A DNA stretch of 64,000 nucleotides from Candidatus Spongiisociaceae bacterium (GTDB lineage Bacteria; Actinomycetota; Acidimicrobiia; Spongiisociales; Spongiisociaceae), in the NCBI GenBank assembly GCA_965262915.1, contig OZ253564.1, positions 1,024,001 through 1,088,000 on the forward strand, in the 5' to 3' direction. Position 1 is the stretch's first letter; each line of letters starts with the position of its first letter. Positions 50,679-59,943 of the stretch are shown in pieces. The notes under the pieces were generated by a model. The model saw only the letters and a program-made list of their open reading frames with translations, searched no databases and had not been told where the DNA came from. A program made the translations under genes and the position numbers.

Positions 50679-52055
50679 TCACGTGGCCGTCGCTCGTTGA
50701 TCCGAGATCAGAGCCGCGTAGGAGTCCGAAGTTCCGGCCCTCTCTTCGAACCGGTAGACGTGCGGGGTATAGACGTGTGTCTTCTCGAACGGGTGCTTCG
50801 TTCTCGGTATCGAAGTAGGCCGCCAGGAAGAGACCGGTCGGCCGGCCTTGACGATGGTACGAATACTCTTCCTGTCCTGGAGGATGGCGACGTTGCGGTC
50901 CGGGTTGCCTTCGACGACCAGCAGATCGGCGTACTTGCCGGGTGTCAGCGTTCCGATCTGCTCGGCATGCTGGGGCAACGTGATGGCACTGTTGCGCGTC
51001 ATCGAAAGCAGGGCTTCGAAGTGGGACATACCGAGAAGGTCGACGAAGAGTTCCATCTCCCTGGCGTGCCACTCCCCGTAGGGGGTCATGGCGAATCCTG
51101 ACTCCGAGCCTCCGACCAGAGTCGCTCCGTTCCGGTGCGCCTCGCTGAGAATCGCGGCCGCCGCGTCGAGCTCGCGCTTGAAACGGTCACGCAGCGCGGG
51201 GGAGAGATCGGCGCGGTTCGCCTCCAGGGTGTTGACCAGCAGCGTCATGGCCGGGAGCAGGGGAATGTCCTTTTCAAGGACGATCTCGAGGGTCGGTTCG
51301 TCCATGTAGGACGCATGCATGATCCAGTCGACGCCGGCCCGCGCCGCGTACTCGACCGACTGGCGGGATCGGGCGTGGATGGTCACGGGCCGGCTCAGAC
51401 GGTGTGCTTCGTCGACGGCCAGCTCGAGTTCCTCGAGGCGGAAGGAGGCGTACTCGTCGGACGAGTTGCCGGATCCGGCGATCTTGATGACGTTCACGCC
51501 GTCCTTGACCTCGTTGCGGATCTCCTGGAGTAGCTCGTCCCGGTTACGCACCAATGCCCCGAACGACGACTCCGGAACTCCGATCCAGCTGGGGAAGCCG
51601 TCCGAGATTCCCTGCTGCGTCGTGATCTGGCGGCCCGCGCACGCCATCCGCGGCCCCTGCACGAGGTTGGCTTCGATGGCGTCCCGCACGGCGATCGCCA
51701 CGGAGTACGGGCCGCCGGGATCGCAGCTGGAGGTCACTCCCGCCAGGAGCGCCTTTTCCGCATCGACCGAGGCCCGGATCGCCCGATACTCGGCCGGTGT
51801 GTAGATCGACAGCTCTTCCTCCGAGGTAGCCTCGCCGAAACTTATGTGCATGTGCCCGTCGACCAGTCCCGGCATCACCGTGGTGCCGGTCGTGTCGACC
51901 TCTTCGTAGCCGTTCGCCAGGAACTGCTGGGGTGCGGCGTCGGAGTGACCCACCCAGGCGATCCGGTCGCCCTCGACCACGACGCAGCCTCGATCGATGA
52001 CCGTTTCGTCCTCGCATGCCAGCACCCGGCCCCCGTTGAAGCGGTACCCGGTCAT
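50679..52055 (-). CDS. Metal-dependent amidohydrolase (Xaa-Pro dipeptidase-like)
   Basis: MPGLVDGHMH, IKI, IHA, IMHAS and GKYADL. Confidence 0.88.
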   Translation of the reverse strand: MTGYRFNGGRVLACEDETVIDRGCVVVEGDRIAWVGHSDAAPQQFLANGYEEVDTTGTTVMPGLVDGHMHISFGEATSEEELSIYTPAEYRAIRASVDAEKALLAGVTSSCDPGGPYSVAIAVRDAIEANLVQGPRMACAGRQITTQQGISDGFPSWIGVPESSFGALVRNRDELLQEIRNEVKDGVNVIKIAGSGNSSDEYASFRLEELELAVDEAHRLSRPVTIHARSRQSVEYAARAGVDWIMHASYMDEPTLEIVLEKDIPLLPAMTLLVNTLEANRADLSPALRDRFKRELDAAAAILSEAHRNGATLVGGSESGFAMTPYGEWHAREMELFVDLLGMSHFEALLSMTRNSAITLPQHAEQIGTLTPGKYADLLVVEGNPDRNVAILQDRKSIRTIVKAGRPVSSWRPTSIPRTKHPFEKTHVYTPHVYRFEERAGTSDSYAALISDQRATAT

Positions 52056-52078
52056 GATCTACCTCCCCTTTGCAGCTC

Positions 52079-52948
52079 TCAGAACGGGACGATCGGGAAG
52101 TACTTGCCGCCGATCGGGTCACCGATCTCGATACCCACCTCGTCGTCGGAGTAGTTGAACTCGTAACGCCTGCTTCCGAACCAGCGAGTACCGTCGGCCA
52201 CGAAGCGTACGACGATCGCCCGGCGCGGAGTCGACGAGATGTTGGGCAGCGAGGCGTGCCAGGTCAGGCAGTGGTGCATGGATATGGACCCGGCCGGCAC
52301 CGTGATCGTCTCGACCGGGAGACCTGCCTCGACAGGATCGTCGATCGGTCTGACGGTGGGGGGCCGCAGTTCCTGCAGGTATGTCGATCCCGTCCCGAAG
52401 GCGGCGGGCAGCGTCTCGCCCATGACGTGGCTCCCCGGCACCATCTGCATCGCTCCGTTCTCGGCGGTCACGTCGTCGAGCGCCAACCAGGCGGTAACCG
52501 CGTTCGGCTGCGCGAGGGGCCAGTACGGGTAGTCCTGGTGCCACTTGAGGCTGCCGCCCTTGCCCGGATCCTTGAACAAGGCGTTGTCCTCCAGGATGCG
52601 GACCTCACGGGCCCCCACCAACTGGGATGCCCACCCGGCCAGGACCGGGTTGAAGGAGACGAGGCGGATGTCCCTGTCCCACGTCCAGAGGTTGAACAGG
52701 AACCCCACCGACTTGCCCGGCTCGGGAGGAAGTACGCTGTCCTCGGGCCAGATGTTCGGATCGAGCAGGTCATATTCCTCGCCCTTCCCCCTCTGGAGAG
52801 TGCGTGCCCTCTCCACCACGTCCCGGAGCATTTCTACCTGCTCGGAGGTGAATACACGGCCCGGCCGCAGGAAGCCCTTGTGATGGAACTCGAGGAGCTC
52901 GTCGGCACCCAGCGCGCTCGTGCGAACCTCGTCCGTCACCGTCTGCAT
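52079..52948 (-). CDS. Phytanoyl-CoA dioxygenase (PhyH) family Fe(II)/2OG dioxygenase
   Basis: WHQD, W.ALDD...ENG, PGSH and HHCLTWHAS..N.S..PRR. Confidence 0.9.
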   Translation of the reverse strand: MQTVTDEVRTSALGADELLEFHHKGFLRPGRVFTSEQVEMLRDVVERARTLQRGKGEEYDLLDPNIWPEDSVLPPEPGKSVGFLFNLWTWDRDIRLVSFNPVLAGWASQLVGAREVRILEDNALFKDPGKGGSLKWHQDYPYWPLAQPNAVTAWLALDDVTAENGAMQMVPGSHVMGETLPAAFGTGSTYLQELRPPTVRPIDDPVEAGLPVETITVPAGSISMHHCLTWHASLPNISSTPRRAIVVRFVADGTRWFGSRRYEFNYSDDEVGIEIGDPIGGKYFPIVPF

Positions 52949-52996
52949 GCTTGACCTCCTTGCCGTCCGGTAACCACCTGAATGGTGTTGACGTGT

Positions 52997-53350
52997 TTAC
53001 TCGACCACTTCCACGGATGACGTCTCCACGGTGCACAGCAGCGGCGGGTCTACCTCCGCCCCGGCCTCGACAGACCACGGCACTTCGCTCTCGGCCTCGA
53101 CCCGTGGCACGGTCAGTTCCACCTCGTGGTAGACCTCGCTGGAGAGGTCCAGCCACATCGTCAGCAGTTCCAGCCGTACCGCCACGTCGGCGTCGTTTCG
53201 CAACATGCCGCCCACCGATTTCGAGGAACATTGGGAGACGCTGGCCAGTATGAAGGTCTCAACGTCGCGCTGGACATCGGCGCGCGGTAGGTAACAGGAG
53301 GCGGCCAGCAGCGAGATCGCGATCACGAGCGGCAGTCGGCCGCGGGTCAT
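52997..53350 (-). CDS. Small hypothetical lipoprotein
   Basis: Signal peptide with LAASC lipobox, in operon orientation. Confidence 0.6.
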   Translation of the reverse strand: MTRGRLPLVIAISLLAASCYLPRADVQRDVETFILASVSQCSSKSVGGMLRNDADVAVRLELLTMWLDLSSEVYHEVELTVPRVEAESEVPWSVEAGAEVDPPLLCTVETSSVEVVE

Positions 53351-53362
53351 AGGTGTGTGCCC

Positions 53363-54211
53363 TCACGATCCTCGCTGTTGCAGCTGCTGGTTGTAGTAGT
53401 CGGTATAGGACATGACTTCTACGCCCCGCTCAAGCGCGTACTCTATCACTCCGCGCGCCCAGCCGGTCCCTGCCTCGTTGTAACGGACCATCGCCCATTC
53501 GTGGAAACACGCACCGTAGACGAGGTCCTTCTCGACGATCTCGTCCACCCCTTCCTTCAGGACTTCGAGGAATTCGGCGCCTCTGTCGATGCCGAATTCC
53601 TCGAACCAGAAACCATCCAGCCAGTGCTGGAAGGGCAGTTCCAGGATGTCCGGGAAACCCTGCTCCTCGTACCAGAAGGGCTGGGTGTCGAGTGGTGTCG
53701 GGTTGTCGTGTTCGGAGTTCCGGCCCCAAGAACTCACGAACTCGATACCGACGTCTGCCAGCATCCGGAGCCGGTCGGGACGGTCGGAAAGCCCCAGGTA
53801 GTAGCCGTGCGGCGTTCGCAGCCCGATGCAGTCGATATCGAGATGCTCCTTGATGAGCGCCGATGTCGCCCCGAGTTCGTGGTAGAGGGCTTCGGCCGGC
53901 GACTGCGGGAACAGCCCTCCCCGCCACGTGTCGTCCTTGAACAGGATGTGGCTATAGGTGTGCTGTTGTATGTCGAGCACCGGACTGCGGGCGGCCTTCT
54001 TGAGGGCGGGCAGGCAATGGAGCAACGTACGACCGCACACGAACAGCGTGCCGGTAACGCCGACGGCTTCGTGATTGGCGGTGATGATGTCGAGTCCCGC
54101 TTCGGTGGCGTCGTCGGGCAGGGAACTGTAGAAACTCTCCCCGCCGCCCCGCGCCAGGTTCTCGCCGATGGCGTGGTATTCCGTGTCGTAGCCCATCAAC
54201 ATCGTTGCCAC
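53363..54211 (-). CDS. Polysaccharide deacetylase (NodB/PuuE-like) family protein
   Basis: GYDTE, GTLFV.G, QHTYSH, GLRTP and CFH. Confidence 0.8.
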   Translation of the reverse strand: MATMLMGYDTEYHAIGENLARGGGESFYSSLPDDATEAGLDIITANHEAVGVTGTLFVCGRTLLHCLPALKKAARSPVLDIQQHTYSHILFKDDTWRGGLFPQSPAEALYHELGATSALIKEHLDIDCIGLRTPHGYYLGLSDRPDRLRMLADVGIEFVSSWGRNSEHDNPTPLDTQPFWYEEQGFPDILELPFQHWLDGFWFEEFGIDRGAEFLEVLKEGVDEIVEKDLVYGACFHEWAMVRYNEAGTGWARGVIEYALERGVEVMSYTDYYNQQLQQRGS

Positions 54212-54227
54212 GGTTCGATCCCTTCCT

Positions 54228-54329
54228 GGAGGGTGCTGGAAGACTCCCTGCCGGCCCGGCGGTCGATGACCAAAATAGCCGGTCACCGGAGGACGGGCCA
54301 ACCGTTATCACGTTCTCGAGCACCGTCCC
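54228..54329. repeat. Palindromic MITE-like repeat, family A copy 4
   Basis: GGAGGGTGCTGGAAG...GGCGGTCGATGAC...GGGCCAACC...GAGCACCGTCCC, in the same orientation as copy 1. Confidence 0.75.
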
Positions 54330-54435
54330 GGTGTCCTGATCCCGGTTGATCACGATGCTCACTGATCCTGTGCAGGGCCAGTAGCTTGTCTGACAGATAC
54401 GATTCAGCTTCAGGGCCTGCAGGCTGAGAGATGGC

Positions 54436-54699
54436 TCATGGGAGGGGATCAATCCGTGGAGGTGTCTGCCCGGCGGACACCAGCTTCCATGCGTCGAGCA
54501 GTTCTTCGTGATGCTGCCTACACCACCTGTCGACCAACTTCATCTGAGGTCGCGGCAACCCACCGACGATGCGTCTGAGGGACACGAGGTCGATACTGAC
54601 GCTGTCCTCGGCGAATTCGGCATGGAAGTGAGGCCTCTTGTATGCGGGCTCTTGGTAGATGTAGATCGCGATGCCGTGAAAGTAGGAGACTCGGGGCAC
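54436..54699 (-). CDS. DUF4160 family protein
   Basis: MP.VS.F.GI.I.IY, PHFHA, G.LP and W...H.EEL...W...IDPL. Confidence 0.85.
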   Translation of the reverse strand: MPRVSYFHGIAIYIYQEPAYKRPHFHAEFAEDSVSIDLVSLRRIVGGLPRPQMKLVDRWCRQHHEELLDAWKLVSAGQTPPRIDPLP

Positions 54700-54705
54700 G
54701 ACCCC

Positions 54706-55062
54706 TCATCTCGCGGCGGGAGGGAGGAGGTCATCCCAGTCGTGGCCGTTCAGCATCAGCCACATGGCTTCGGGACAAGCGTCCCACTGTTCTTCGTCAC
54801 CCCAGACCACCGCGAGACCGTTGCCTCGAATACGGGCAGTCGAGAAAAACTCAGGATCGAACCATCCGGCCGGCGCTTCGTCAGGCACCCTCGACATGTC
54901 CAATTCGCCTTCAGTGCCGTCGGAGAACGAGACCCACAGACGAAACCCCTCTCGTCCTTCTACCGCCACCAAGCGAGGTACTTGAACGACTCCCTCCTCG
55001 TCGCGCAGCCTGTCGATTCCGGACTTCTCCCGTGCCTCCGGACGGATTGCTGTATCTGTCAT
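54706..55062 (-). CDS. DUF2442 family protein
   Basis: L.V.FSDG..G.LD, DPEFF and W..D.CPE. Confidence 0.8.
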   Translation of the reverse strand: MTDTAIRPEAREKSGIDRLRDEEGVVQVPRLVAVEGREGFRLWVSFSDGTEGELDMSRVPDEAPAGWFDPEFFSTARIRGNGLAVVWGDEEQWDACPEAMWLMLNGHDWDDLLPPAAR

Positions 55063-55131
55063 ACCTCCTCAGCCCAGCCTTCCGATGGTCGATGTCGGCC
55101 TATGTGTAGAAACCATCTCTAACCAACAGTA

Positions 55132-55145
55132 TAGTTGTCTAACTA
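55132..55145. promoter_or_regulatory. Palindromic putative operator
   Basis: TAGTTGTCTAACTA lies in an AT-rich stretch upstream of the DUF2442 gene. Confidence 0.35.
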
Positions 55146-55180
55146 CGTGTTGTCGATTAGCCACGGCCTCAAGCCTTCTC

Positions 55181-56029
55181 CTACGTGTCCGAATGGCGGG
55201 CAGTGTCCAGCTCCCCGAGCGCCACGCCGGTGATCATGTCAACGAGATGGCGGGGGGTGATGCCCTCCATGCTCGCAAGCTCACCTATTTTCATGCCGTG
55301 GCGGAGCACGACCACGCGATCGCACACCTTGATGACATCGTGCATGTTGTGGCTGACCAGCAGGACCGCCACTCCTTGCTTCTTGAGACGCTCGATCAGG
55401 TCCAGTACCAGACGGGTCTGCTCGACTCCGAGTGCGGCTGTCGGTTCGTCCAGGACCACGATGTGGTTTCCCCACGCCACGGCCCGGCCGACGGCCACCG
55501 CCTGGCGCTGACCTCCCGACAGCTTGTCGACGGGCTGGCGTACCGATGGGATGTCGATGCTCAGCCGGTCGAGTATCTCTCGGGATTCCCTGTACATGCG
55601 GCGGCGGTCCAACCATCCCAGCCAGCCGAAGATTCCCCATTTGACGGTGTGTTCCCTGTTCAGGAAGAGGTTTGTCGCGACATCGAGCGTGTCCACCAGC
55701 GACAGGTCCTGGTGGACCGTCTCCACGCCGAGCCGGTGGGCGGCCTGAGGACTCTCGATGGACGCGACCGAACCGTCGATGAGGATGTCTCCCGCGTCAG
55801 GCGTGAGCCCACCCGAGACACAGTTCACAACCGTCGTCTTCCCGGCCCCGTTGTCGCCGAGAAGGCCGAGCACCTCGCCGCGCCGGATCTCGAAGCTGAC
55901 CGCCCTCGCGGCGCGGACCGCCCCGAACGACTTCGACAGGGAACGCACCTCGAGCGCAACGGAGTCCTCCGACCGGTGGGAAGCGGTCCCATTGGAGCCG
56001 AGAGTGGGTAGATCCTGGGTCACTGTCAT
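55181..56029 (-). CDS. Single-domain monosaccharide-type ABC ATPase (orphan)
   Basis: GDNGAGKT, VHQDL, LSGGQRQ, LDEPTAALG and SHN. Confidence 0.9.
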   Translation of the reverse strand: MTVTQDLPTLGSNGTASHRSEDSVALEVRSLSKSFGAVRAARAVSFEIRRGEVLGLLGDNGAGKTTVVNCVSGGLTPDAGDILIDGSVASIESPQAAHRLGVETVHQDLSLVDTLDVATNLFLNREHTVKWGIFGWLGWLDRRRMYRESREILDRLSIDIPSVRQPVDKLSGGQRQAVAVGRAVAWGNHIVVLDEPTAALGVEQTRLVLDLIERLKKQGVAVLLVSHNMHDVIKVCDRVVVLRHGMKIGELASMEGITPRHLVDMITGVALGELDTARHSDT

Positions 56030-56090
56030 CGCAAACTCGCCTGTCCGGAGGTCATTTAGAGTATATCCCTCCTTAGGAAAGGAGGTCCGA

Positions 56091-56492
56091 GTGCCGGAAT
56101 ATGTCGTTCGAGCCGACACCACGCCCCCGTCCGATCTCTCGGGAACGGCCTTCAGCCATCTCGATGTGCGCTGGCTGGTGAGTGGGGAACGCAACGGTGC
56201 GGAACTTACCGGAGTAGGCCAGACGATCTATCCCGCCCGGGGTGGAACCCACGAGATCCACTTGCATCCGAATGCGGAGGAGGTTGTGATCGTCCAGTCC
56301 GGCCGGGGACGTCATCTGGTGGGTGACCGCTGGTACGACGTCGGACCCGGGGACATCATTTTCATACCGCGCAATACCGCCCACGGCGCCAAGTCCGTCG
56401 GGGATGAAGAGCTTGTCATCTACTGGGTCCTGGGTGGAGCGGGAAGTCTGGAAGACGCCGGATATGTGCCCGTCAGCGGCCCGCCGGAATGA
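56091..56492 (+). CDS. Cupin domain protein
   Basis: HEIHLHPNAEE and IPRNTAH. AAGGAGG RBS. Confidence 0.85.
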   Translation: MPEYVVRADTTPPSDLSGTAFSHLDVRWLVSGERNGAELTGVGQTIYPARGGTHEIHLHPNAEEVVIVQSGRGRHLVGDRWYDVGPGDIIFIPRNTAHGAKSVGDEELVIYWVLGGAGSLEDAGYVPVSGPPE

Positions 56493-56494
56493 TG

Positions 56495-56632
56495 ATCCGC
56501 CATATCCAGCTTGGGGTGCGCACCCCTCGCTTCGTTCCGCCTCCGTGCCGTCTCGCAGCGCGATGCCTTGATCCGGTGGCGCGGGAGGTGCCTCGGCAGG
56601 CGCATGCCACACCGCGACTCGGCCTGACCACC
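56495..56632. repeat. Degenerate family B repeat copy
   Basis: Shares CCCT.GCT.CGTTCCGCCTCC with 13892-14056 and GCATGCCACACCGC with 49267-49334. Confidence 0.5.
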
Positions 56633-56640
56633 GGCTACGC

Positions 56641-58062
56641 GTGACCATGGAACTCTGGCAGCTATCGGTCACTGAGTTGACCGACGCCTACAAGCACGGG
56701 AAGGTCTCACCGCTAGAGGTCATCGAGATGTCACTCCGGCGAATCGAGCGTCTCGATCCGGCTATCGGAGGTTTCCGCGAGGTGTTCCACGAGCGCGCTA
56801 TCAACGAGGCACGGGCGCGCAGCGACGAACTCGCCAGGGGAGAGTGGGCGGGTCCGCTGCACGGCATTCCTGTCGCCATCAAGGAACTCTTCGACGTTGA
56901 AGGCGCGGTGGGCTGCTACGGGTCCACGATCCTTTTGGACCGCATCGCGCCGTCCGATGCGGCCGCAGTGGCGCGCTGGCGAGAGGCCGGGGCCATAGTG
57001 ATCGGCGTCACCCGTTCCCATGAGTTCGGATGGGGTATCACCACCCAGCACGCCGAGCTTGGAAGCACCCTGAACCCCTGGAACACGGACCGGGTACCGG
57101 GAGGGTCGAGCGGGGGGTCGGCTGCGGCGCTCGCAGTCGGCATGGTGCCCCTGGCACTCGGAAGCGATACCGGCGGTTCCATCCGGATTCCGGCCTGTTT
57201 CTGCGGGATCGCAGGGATCAAACCGACCTACGGCCGGGTTGCCAAGCGCGGCGCCGTGTCGCTCGCTCCGTCCCTCGACCACCCGGGACCGCTCGCCCGA
57301 ACGGTTCCGGATCTGGCGATCGGTCTGGCCGCCATGGCCGGGTTCGACGCTTGGGACCCCAGCACCCTGCCCGTCCAACCCCCTTCGCGGTCGGTGACGC
57401 CGTCGGTGGCCGGTGTCCGGGTCGGACTGGTAGCCGACCTCCATCCACGCGCGCTCCGCGAGGATCACCAGGCCCGGTTCGATGCGGCCACCGAAGCGAT
57501 GTCAGACGCAGGCGCCCGCCTCATCGATCTCAGCTTTCCCGGGGCGGAGGAGATCAGGCCGACCTTCGCAACGATCCAGATGGCCGAGGCGCACCACGTT
57601 CATTCGTCCGTCATGGGAATCTTTCCCCGGCGGGCCTCTGAGTACGGGGCCGATGTGAGGGGACGGCTCGAAATGTCAGCCGACATCACATTGGCCGACT
57701 ACCTGTCGGCTCTGGAAGCCAAACGGGCCCTCCGGCACCGGTTTGCCCGCCTGTTCGACGAGGTCGACGTGATGATGACCCCGATAACGGCTGGAGGACC
57801 GTCCACGACTTCCGAACCCGACGTGTCGTTCGATGGCACCGGCGAGGCGCCGTTCCGTGACGTCGTGATGGACTACACCGTCGCCCAGGACCTGTTCGGA
57901 CTCCCCGTGTGCGCGGTACCCAACGGTCTGGACGGCGACGGGCTTCCGCTGGGACTCCAGCTGACCGGGCCGACCCTGTCCGAGAATGCGGTGATGGATG
58001 CTGCGGCCGGAATCGCAACGGTCCTGCCGAGTCCCGGGTTTCCGCCGATAGCCGGCTTGTAG
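56641..58062 (+). CDS. Amidase signature family enzyme
   Basis: GPLHGIPVAIK, GGSSGGS and GSDTGGSIRIP. Confidence 0.93.
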   Translation: MTMELWQLSVTELTDAYKHGKVSPLEVIEMSLRRIERLDPAIGGFREVFHERAINEARARSDELARGEWAGPLHGIPVAIKELFDVEGAVGCYGSTILLDRIAPSDAAAVARWREAGAIVIGVTRSHEFGWGITTQHAELGSTLNPWNTDRVPGGSSGGSAAALAVGMVPLALGSDTGGSIRIPACFCGIAGIKPTYGRVAKRGAVSLAPSLDHPGPLARTVPDLAIGLAAMAGFDAWDPSTLPVQPPSRSVTPSVAGVRVGLVADLHPRALREDHQARFDAATEAMSDAGARLIDLSFPGAEEIRPTFATIQMAEAHHVHSSVMGIFPRRASEYGADVRGRLEMSADITLADYLSALEAKRALRHRFARLFDEVDVMMTPITAGGPSTTSEPDVSFDGTGEAPFRDVVMDYTVAQDLFGLPVCAVPNGLDGDGLPLGLQLTGPTLSENAVMDAAAGIATVLPSPGFPPIAGL

Positions 58063-58097
58063 CATATGGGCGATAGCGATCGAGATCAGGAACCCTC

Positions 58098-58919
58098 TTG
58101 CCGACAGCGAATCTGAGCACCGGCGTCGACCTCTACTACGAGTGGCACGGCACCGCCGGTGGCCCTCCGGTGGTGTTCGTGCGTGGTACCGGAGCCGACG
58201 GTTCCCGATGGCTTCCCCAGGTAGAGGAGTACCAGGATCGGTACCGGTGCCTGATCTTCGACAATCGCGGGTCCGGCCGGAGTTCGGCCCCGCAAGGTCC
58301 CTACAGCGTCCCGATGATGGTTGCGGACACGGTCGCTCTCCTGGACCACCTAGATATAGAGACCTGTCACCTGTCCGGAATGTCGCTCGGGGGCGCGATC
58401 GCGCTCAGGTTGGCCATCGACTTTCCCGAGCGAGTGACGACGCTGCAACTCCACGGCGCCTGGGCAAAGACCCATGGCTACGCCAAGATGTACCTGTCGC
58501 TGCTCAAACGGTTCCTTGAGGAGGGTGGCCTGGACTTCTACTACGAGGCCGCGCTGCTCTACCTGTTCCCGCCCGACTTTCTCACCAAGCAATACGACCT
58601 CGCCCTCGAGATCCTCGAACGTATGAAGACCAACTCGTCACCGATCGCCGGTCTCGCGGGGCAGATCGAGGCCAACCTGACGCATGACGAGGCGGATCGT
58701 TTGTCCCTGGTTCGAGCCCCTACGCTCGTAACGGTGGGGGAACTCGACATGTGCCTGCCACCGTTCTTCAGTCGTGAACTGGCCGAAGGGATTCCCGATG
58801 CCGAACTCGTTGTCTTTCCCGGCGGGTCGCACCTGTTCGGCATGCAGGATCCGGGGACCTTCAACCGGGTGACGCTCGACTGGCTGGCAAGCCGGCAAGG
58901 AACCGTCTCCGACGGTTGA
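58098..58919 (+). CDS. Alpha/beta hydrolase (RutD/enol-lactonase-like)
   Basis: FDNRGSGRS, nucleophile elbow GMSLGG, GELD and GSH. Confidence 0.88.
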   Translation: MPTANLSTGVDLYYEWHGTAGGPPVVFVRGTGADGSRWLPQVEEYQDRYRCLIFDNRGSGRSSAPQGPYSVPMMVADTVALLDHLDIETCHLSGMSLGGAIALRLAIDFPERVTTLQLHGAWAKTHGYAKMYLSLLKRFLEEGGLDFYYEAALLYLFPPDFLTKQYDLALEILERMKTNSSPIAGLAGQIEANLTHDEADRLSLVRAPTLVTVGELDMCLPPFFSRELAEGIPDAELVVFPGGSHLFGMQDPGTFNRVTLDWLASRQGTVSDG

Positions 58920-59140
58920 CGACGGCCTGCCGGGGCGGTGCGGTCTATGCCGCGGGTGCTGTCGTTGCCCGGACTTAGACCGCCCCGTGACATCCATAGC
59001 CGTCAGATCCGGACTCGTGCCGGGAGAAGTACGAGCCGGACTCGGCACCAAGTCCTGTCTGGTTGCAAGGCCGAAACTCGGCCGTACCACGAATCGTGTG
59101 GCCGTTGCGTGTCCACTGAAGCGCGGTGCGCCGAACCGGT

Positions 59141-59236
59141 GTGCTCCATCGAACGGATGCCCGCTGACAAGGCCCGCCGAGAAGGCCTGGCGGATGGCAT
59201 CGGAGGTGTGGCAGTGGGCGAGCACGTGGGTGTTCC
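59141..59236 (-). pseudogene. Remnant of an amidohydrolase paralog
   Basis: THVLAHCHTSDAIRQA matches TYVLAHCHTSDAIRRA of the 59944-61185 gene at DNA level. Confidence 0.7.
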
Positions 59237-59427
59237 CGCGGCGTAGGGCGTCGTGGGTGAGGGTGAAGGCGATGAAACCAGAGAAGAGGATATTTGTGGT
59301 ACAAGGGGCTTTTTCTATGCTGCTATCATGTTGTATAACGATATCAACCGGTGAGATTGCTCTACGTGCGGGAGGAAGTGGGGCCTCCCGGGGGTAGTTT
59401 GGTATCGTTGAGCAGGGAGACGGAACG

Positions 59428-59724
59428 ATGGATGCAGCGACGATCGGTGTCCTCGGCGGCATGATCACAATGATGATGACGATCATGCTGAGCGTCATGA
59501 TCTACTTGGATCGCGCGCGTCGTGCTGACATGGTTGCGGGCTTCGCCGCTGTCGACGGGCGTTTCGACCGGTTCGAAGAGCGGGTCAACAGGCGTTTCGA
59601 CCGTGTGGATGAGCGTTTCGACGAGTTCACCGGAATCGTGGTCGATCTCGCCAAGGAAGTCGGCGAGGTCAAGGGCCGTTTGGCTGTTTCCACAGCGGTC
59701 GAGGCCTTCTCCAGGGTTGATTGA
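59428..59724 (+). CDS. Small single-TM coiled-coil protein
   Basis: Hydrophobic N-terminus followed by VDGRFDR/VNRRFDR/VDERFDE heptads. Confidence 0.7.
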   Translation: MDAATIGVLGGMITMMMTIMLSVMIYLDRARRADMVAGFAAVDGRFDRFEERVNRRFDRVDERFDEFTGIVVDLAKEVGEVKGRLAVSTAVEAFSRVD

Positions 59725-59943
59725 CCAGACCACGCGGGCTGATATCGACGTTCGGTGTGTCGAGAGTCCTGACCCGTTTGGGCGGTCAGCCGCCGGACTC
59801 CGGTTACCTCCATGAGCCGGCTGTAAGTCTCCCACCACATGGCCGATTCCATGCTCCGGCGAGTGCGCTCCGCTACTCGGCCCCCTGATCCACCGGGTCG
59901 AGCCGCCGGAGGTAGGCGGCGGGCCCTCCATCCGGGTCTGTGA

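Noticed and set aside
11323-54329. Family A repeats as riboswitches
   Set aside because: Orientation relative to the downstream gene is mixed (two each way) and the termini are inverted repeats.
56641-58062. Assigning gatA
   Set aside because: No gatB or gatC is adjacent and the context is a generic catabolic amidase.
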